Part shown: positions 27,775 through 32,000 of the stretch, one piece after another | Position numbering within the stretch: position 1 is the first letter of the stretch | Layout: every line of letters begins with the position of its first letter | From: Longivirga aurantiaca | GTDB lineage: Bacteria; Actinomycetota; Actinomycetes; S36-B12; CAIYMF01 | Direction of reading: 5' to 3' | Length of the DNA stretch: 32,000 bases | Assembly: GCF_042660085.1 (NCBI RefSeq) | Contig: NZ_JBHSTI010000008.1 | Span: 870,001 to 902,000 of the forward strand | The notes under the pieces: model-generated | Database searches by the model: none | What the model saw: only the letters and a program-made list of their open reading frames with translations | What the model was told of the DNA's origin: nothing | Position numbers and translations under genes: made by a program

Positions 27775-28744
27775 GGGAGTCGGCGACTCCCTCGAGGTCG
27801 AGGACGACGCTGTCGACGCCCTCGACACCGTCGACGACTCCGCCCCGGTCGACCCCGACCTCGAGGCCGAGGTGCTGGAGATCGGCAGCGACGACATCGT
27901 CGACATCGCGGTGCTCGACGCCATCGACCTCACGCCGACCGAGGACGAGAAGGTCGCGGCGAAGGCAGACGGCGACGCGCGGCTGCGCGAGCTCTGGGAG
28001 GACTTCAAGGCCTCGGGCGAGCAGGCTCTGCGCGAGCGGCTGATCATCCACTACTCGCCGCTGGTGAAGTACGTCGCCGGCCGCGTCGGCGTGGGCCTTC
28101 CGCCCAACATCGAGCAGTCGGACCTCGTGTCGTACGGCATCTTCGGCCTGATCGACGCGATCGAGAAGTTCGACCTCGACCGTGCGATCAAGTTCGAGAC
28201 GTACGCCATCAACCGCATCCGCGGCGCGATCATCGACGAGCTGCGCTCGATCGACTGGATCCCGCGCTCGGTCCGCTACAAGGCCCGCGAGGTCGAGAAG
28301 GCGTACCAGGCCCTCGAGGCCAAGCTCCAGCGCACGCCCACCGAGACCGAGGTCGCGGACCAGATGGGCATCCGCCTCGAGGACCTGCACGCGATCTTCA
28401 GCCAGGTCTCCTACGTCAACGTCGTGGCGCTCGACGAGCTGCTGCACGCGGGCGGCGGCGAGCGCGGCGACAAGATGACGCTCGGCGACACCCTCGAGGA
28501 CCCGAAGGCCCCGGACCCGATCAACCTGTTCGAGGGCGAGGAGACGAAGTACATCCTCGCGAAGGCGATCAACCTCCTGCCCGAGCGGGAGAAGGTCGTC
28601 GTCACCCTCTACTACTACGAGGGGCTCACCCTCGCCGAGATCGGCCAGGTGCTCGGGGTCACCGAGTCGCGCATCTGCCAGATGCACACCAAGGCGGTCC
28701 TGCAGCTGCGGTCGCGCCTGTCGGAGTCGCACGACCTCGATTAG
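27749..28744 (+). CDS. whiG: FliA/WhiG-family (group 3) RNA polymerase sigma factor with an acidic N-terminal extension
   Basis: Region 2 is [18 protein letters not shown]...[18 protein letters not shown], and region 4 is [28 protein letters not shown] lies 8 nt upstream of the ATG. The position next to rpsB matches Streptomyces whiG. Confidence 0.85.
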   Translation: MSRRTPGPEGVGDSLEVEDDAVDALDTVDDSAPVDPDLEAEVLEIGSDDIVDIAVLDAIDLTPTEDEKVAAKADGDARLRELWEDFKASGEQALRERLIIHYSPLVKYVAGRVGVGLPPNIEQSDLVSYGIFGLIDAIEKFDLDRAIKFETYAINRIRGAIIDELRSIDWIPRSVRYKAREVEKAYQALEAKLQRTPTETEVADQMGIRLEDLHAIFSQVSYVNVVALDELLHAGGGERGDKMTLGDTLEDPKAPDPINLFEGEETKYILAKAINLLPEREKVVVTLYYYEGLTLAEIGQVLGVTESRICQMHTKAVLQLRSRLSESHDLD

Positions 28745-29904
28745 CCGCCGACGGTCACCGAGACGACCCGGTCGTCGCCTGCGCGGACGTCGCCTCGCCC
28801 GTCCCGGTTGGACGTCGTGAGCCACAGGGTGCCGTCGGGTGCGGCCGCCACGGTGCGGATGCGTCCGAGGGATCCTTCGAGCGCGGCCACGGGCTCGCCG
28901 GCGCTCGACCCGTCCAGAGGCACCTGCCAGACGCGCTGGCCGCGCAGGCCCCCGACGTAGGCGACGTCGGCCAGGATCGCGAGGCCGCTGGGAGAGGCGT
29001 TCTCGGTGCGCCAGGTGACCACCGGGTCGACGTAGTCGGCGCCGCCTCCGCGCCCCTCCACGACCGGCCAGCCGTGGTTGCCGCCGCGCTCGATCCGGTT
29101 GAGCTCGTCGTACGAGTTCTGCCCGAACTCGGTCGCCCACAGCTGCCCGGACGAGTCGAACGCGAGGCCCTGAACGTTGCGGTGGCCGTACGACCACACC
29201 GGCGAGCCGGGGAAGGGGTTGTCGGCGGGGATCGAGCCGTCGGGAGCGATCCGCAGGATCTTGCCCGCCCGCGTGCCGAGGTCCTGCGCGCGCTCGCGGT
29301 CGCCGGCATCGCCGGTGCCGATCCAGAGCATGCCGTCCGGCCCGACGGCGAGCCGGCCGCCGTTGTGGGTGGCGCCGGACGGGATGCCGTCGAGGAGCAC
29401 CGTGGGCTCGCCCAGTGCGGTGCCGTCGAACGGGAACGACACGACGCGGTTGTCGCCCGCGGTCGAGGTCAGGTAGGCGACGAGCCGCGCACCGTCGTCG
29501 AGCAGCGCGAGGCCGAGCAGCCCGCCCTCGCCCTGGTCGGCCACACCGGGTACGACGCCGACGGCGGTCGTGCCGCCGGACGCATCGACCCGCACCACCC
29601 GTCCGCTGCGCCGCTCGGCCACGAGCGCCGCGCCGTCGGGGAGGAAGGCCACGCCCCACGGCACCTCGAGCCCGCGGGCGAGGTCGGCCGGGGCGGAGAG
29701 CCCGGTGACTGACCCAGACACCACGGGGGCGGGCGCGGCCGACGACGAGGTCGGCGAGGCCGAGATCGTGGTGGCGGGCGTCGGGGACGGGGCAGCCGGC
29801 GAGCCCGTCGGTGCGCTCGGTGCGCTGCTGCAGCCGGCGAGCACCGCGGCGCTGGCGCCGAGCGCCACGAGGCGGGGGAGGGTGCGCGGGCGACGGGGCT
29901 CCAT
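28741..29904 (-). CDS. PQQ-dependent sugar (glucose/sorbosone) dehydrogenase-like beta-propeller lipoprotein
   Basis: The lipoprotein signal is [54 protein letters not shown] and NHGWP are typical of soluble Ylil/SGDH-type propellers. Confidence 0.8.
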   Translation of the reverse strand: MEPRRPRTLPRLVALGASAAVLAGCSSAPSAPTGSPAAPSPTPATTISASPTSSSAAPAPVVSGSVTGLSAPADLARGLEVPWGVAFLPDGAALVAERRSGRVVRVDASGGTTAVGVVPGVADQGEGGLLGLALLDDGARLVAYLTSTAGDNRVVSFPFDGTALGEPTVLLDGIPSGATHNGGRLAVGPDGMLWIGTGDAGDRERAQDLGTRAGKILRIAPDGSIPADNPFPGSPVWSYGHRNVQGLAFDSSGQLWATEFGQNSYDELNRIERGGNHGWPVVEGRGGGADYVDPVVTWRTENASPSGLAILADVAYVGGLRGQRVWQVPLDGSSAGEPVAALEGSLGRIRTVAAAPDGTLWLTTSNRDGRGDVRAGDDRVVSVTVGG

Positions 29905-29971
29905 CCGACGACGCTACGTCGTCCGCGCGGATCCGGCAGCACGTCGCCGGGCCGATGGCCGGGAGCGGCCG

Positions 29972-30580
29972 TCACGGGTTCCAGGGCAGGAGCGAGGGTC
30001 GGCCGCGACGCAGCAGCGACATGGGGTCGAGGTAGTCCTCGCCGTCGCGCAGGCCCCAGTGCAGGCAGGACGGGACCTCTCCGCAGTGGCCGGCGCCCTC
30101 GTGCACGCGGCCGATGACCTGGCCGCCGGCGACGGACTCGCCGACGCCGACCTCGGGCGCGACCGGCTCGTACGTCGTGGTGCGTCCGTCCAGGTGCAGC
30201 AGCGTGACGACGTCGCGGCCGGCGACCGGGCCCGCGAAGACGACCACGCCGTCGCCCGGCGCCCGCACCGCGTCCCCGGCGAAGGCGAGCAGGTCGACGC
30301 CCCGGTGGCCGCTCATCCAGTCGGAGAGAGGCGGGTCGAACGGTGCCGTGACGAGCAGCGGGCCTCGGAGGGGCGGCTGCCAGCCGGGGGCCCCGACGGC
30401 CACGGCGGGGGTGTCCGTGGCCGTCGGGGTGTCCGGGGCCGACGGCCGGCTCTGGGCCGTGAGCGGCAGCAGCGTCGGCGGGCCGGCAGCAGGGAGCGGC
30501 CCGAGGGCGCTCGTGAGCGCCGTGAGGGCCGAGGCGAGGAGCGAGGCGAGGGGCGCGACGGCGGGTTCGAGGAGGATCAC
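29972..30580 (-). CDS. M23-family metallopeptidase
   Basis: The motifs [22 protein letters not shown] and CLHWGLR are present. I place the start at GTG (30580), just before a hydrophobic signal/TM segment. The 30778 start in the track adds 66 aa of R/P-rich sequence that looks non-coding. Confidence 0.8.
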   Translation of the reverse strand: MILLEPAVAPLASLLASALTALTSALGPLPAAGPPTLLPLTAQSRPSAPDTPTATDTPAVAVGAPGWQPPLRGPLLVTAPFDPPLSDWMSGHRGVDLLAFAGDAVRAPGDGVVVFAGPVAGRDVVTLLHLDGRTTTYEPVAPEVGVGESVAGGQVIGRVHEGAGHCGEVPSCLHWGLRDGEDYLDPMSLLRRGRPSLLPWNP

Positions 30581-30701
30581 GTGCCGACCCTCGACCGGGG
30601 GCCGGACCGGTCGGTGCCGGCCGACCCCGGGCTGGGGACGACACGCCGGGCGCCCGGCCTGTGGACGGCGTGCCGGGCGGCCGCTCGGGCCTCCGACCTG
30701 C

Positions 30702-30734
30702 GATTTCAGGTCTCGGGGGGTCTGCCCGTAGACT
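30702..30734 (+). promoter_or_regulatory. putative rpsB promoter (GATTT-N22-TAGACT)
   Basis: TAGACT at 30729-30734 is a consensus-type actinobacterial -10. GATTT lies at the same 27-nt offset as in the rpsP and rplS elements. This implies an rpsB leader of about 200 nt. Confidence 0.45.
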
Positions 30735-30943
30735 TCCCGCGCAGCCTGCTCCGGTGGGCTGACATCGCACGCCCGCATCCCGGCCCCAGGGTCGGCGGGG
30801 CACCCGCGGTCCGGATCCGTCCGGTGGGGTGCGCCCGGCGGGAGTCAGGCGCCCCGGCGACCGTCGGGGCGGACAACCGAGTGGCGCTGCCGCGTCGCGG
30901 GCCTGCCCGCGCGCCTCGGCGCCAAAGAAGGAGCGACCCGGCC

Positions 30944-31897
30944 ATGGCCGTCGTCACCATGAAGCAGCTGCTCGAGAGCGGCGTGCACTTCGGGCACCAG
31001 ACCCGCCGTTGGAACCCGAAGATGAAGCGGTTCATCTTCAACGAGCGCAACGGCATCTACATCATCGACCTGCAGCAGTCGCTGACGTACATCGACCGCG
31101 CCTACGAGTTCGTGCGCGAGACCGTGTCGCACGGCGGCTCGATCATGTTCATCGGCACCAAGCGCCAGGCGCAGGAGCCGGTAGCCCAGCAGGCGACCCG
31201 CGTGGGCATGCCCTACGTCAACCAGCGCTGGCTCGGCGGCATGCTCACCAACTTCTCGACCGTCTTCAAGCGCATCCAGCGCCTGAAGGAGCTCGAGCTC
31301 ATCGACTACGACGACGTCGCCGGCTCCGGTCTCACCAAGAAGGAGCTCCTCGTCCTGCGTCGCGAGAAGGACAAGCTGGAGAAGACCCTCGGCGGCATCC
31401 GCGACATGACGAAGGTCCCCTCCGCGGTGTGGATCGTCGACACCAACAAGGAGCACATCGCCGTCGCCGAGGCCAAGAAGCTCGGCATCCCGGTCGTGGC
31501 GATCCTCGACTCGAACTGCGACCCCGACGTCGTCGACTTCCCGATCCCCGGCAACGACGACGCCATCCGCGCCGTCGCGCTGCTCACCCGCGTGATCGCC
31601 GACGCCGTCGCCGACGGCCTCATGGCCCGCGCCGGCCGTGGCGGTGCCGTGGCTGAGGCTGCGGCCGCCGAGGGCGTCGTCGCCGTCGACGAGCCGCTGG
31701 CCGACTGGGAGACCGCGCTGCTCACGGGCGCCGACGCCGAGGCTGCCGCCCCGGCTGAGGCTGCTGCCGAGGCTCCCGCCGAGGTCGTCGCCGAGGTCGT
31801 CGCCGAGGCTCCGGCCGAGGTTGCCGCCGAGGCTCCCGCCGAGGTTGCTGCCGAGGTCGTGGCCGAGACCACCGAGGCCCCGGCCGAGCAGGCCTGA
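30944..31897 (+). CDS. rpsB: 30S ribosomal protein S2 with an A/E/P/V-rich C-terminal extension
   Basis: AAGAAGGAG lies upstream of ATG 30944. [44 protein letters not shown] is canonical S2. The 775-aa ORF in the track is an upstream artefact. Confidence 0.96.
   Translation: MAVVTMKQLLESGVHFGHQTRRWNPKMKRFIFNERNGIYIIDLQQSLTYIDRAYEFVRETVSHGGSIMFIGTKRQAQEPVAQQATRVGMPYVNQRWLGGMLTNFSTVFKRIQRLKELELIDYDDVAGSGLTKKELLVLRREKDKLEKTLGGIRDMTKVPSAVWIVDTNKEHIAVAEAKKLGIPVVAILDSNCDPDVVDFPIPGNDDAIRAVALLTRVIADAVADGLMARAGRGGAVAEAAAAEGVVAVDEPLADWETALLTGADAEAAAPAEAAAEAPAEVVAEVVAEAPAEVAAEAPAEVAAEVVAETTEAPAEQA
31766..31873 (+). repeat. in-frame 12-nt tandem repeat (GCCGAGNNNNNN, nine units) encoding (A-E-x-x)n in the S2 tail
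   Basis: The units begin at 31766, 31778, 31790, 31802, 31814, 31826, 31838, 31850 and 31862. They encode [36 protein letters not shown]. Confidence 0.85.
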
Positions 31898-31900
31898 CGA

Positions 31901-31980
31901 GCGCGCGGCCGACGCCGCGCGCCCCGCACGATCCGGCCTGCGGCCTGGGTCCGCCTCACCGGCGGACCCGGGCCGCAGCC
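31901..31980 (+). terminator. two GC-rich hairpins downstream of rpsB (9-bp stem at 31901-31922; stem of about 20 bp at 31935-31980)
   Basis: The first is GCGCGCGGC-CGAC-GCCGCGCGC. The second pairs GGCCTGCGGCCTGGGTCCGCC with GGCGGACCCGGGCCGCAGCC (one G-U pair, one bulge). Confidence 0.45.
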
Positions 31981-32000
31981 GTGAGACTCACCGATTCGAC

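Noticed and set aside
30581-30778. The longer M23 peptidase start at 30778, which adds 66 N-terminal residues.
   Set aside because: The added residues ([44 protein letters not shown]...) are Arg/Pro-rich and look non-coding. GTG 30580 is followed immediately by a hydrophobic signal/TM segment. This is a judgement call, not proven.
30600-30780. A possible ydaO-type c-di-AMP riboswitch upstream of the M23 cell-wall hydrolase on the minus strand. Such riboswitches precede rpf and hydrolase genes in actinomycetes.
   Set aside because: The reverse complement has vaguely similar fragments (UACGGGCAGACC, GAAAUC). It lacks the highly conserved CCGACAGCUAAC-type 3' segment and the pseudo-two-fold layout as I remember it. 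A cmscan with RF00379 would settle the question.
29570-30943. The 5' part of the 775-aa + strand ORF that ends as rpsB.
   Set aside because: Only the last 317 aa are S2, starting at ATG 30944 with a good SD. The upstream part runs antisense to the dehydrogenase and M23 genes and translates to R/G/A-rich junk.

Overview
This is high-GC (roughly 70% or more) actinobacterial chromosome, and gene content suggests a Micrococcales/Cellulomonas-like organism (a guess). The window is almost entirely conserved core genome. It is colinear with M. tuberculosis Rv2927c to Rv2890c and partly with the B. subtilis acpA-rnc-smc-ftsY ... ffh-rpsP-ylqC-rimM-trmD-rplS block. On the + strand I read: coaD (partial), sepIVA-like, DUF177/yceD, rpmF, an ACP-like ORF, rnc, mutM, acyP, a small coiled-coil ORF, smc, ftsY, an amphi-Trp-like ORF, amt-glnK-glnD, ffh, rpsP, a KH protein, rimM, trmD, rplS, two lepB paralogs, two Nudix genes, rnhB, pirin, DUF2469, yraN, comM/yifB, dprA, xerC, a WhiG/FliA-type sigma factor and rpsB. 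On the - strand are a PQQ-type sugar dehydrogenase lipoprotein and an M23 peptidase. I see no mobile elements, CRISPR array, tRNA/rRNA genes, or defence or biosynthetic island, so I do not claim a novel multi-gene system. The observations most worth a second look are small-scale:
- An orphan acyl-carrier-protein-like ORF translationally coupled to RNase III.
- A 24-bp stem-loop just upstream of it.
- A 62-bp tandem duplication of a structured element between smc and ftsY.
- A shared bipartite promoter-like motif (GRTTT-N22-YASMCT) upstream of four ribosomal-protein operons.
- GlnR-type half-sites upstream of amt.
- Several leaderless-type -10 elements.
- An acidic N-terminal extension on the WhiG-like sigma factor.
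- Repeat-built A/E/P/V tails on S16 and S2.
All functional names come from motif and synteny recognition by eye. No database search was run.
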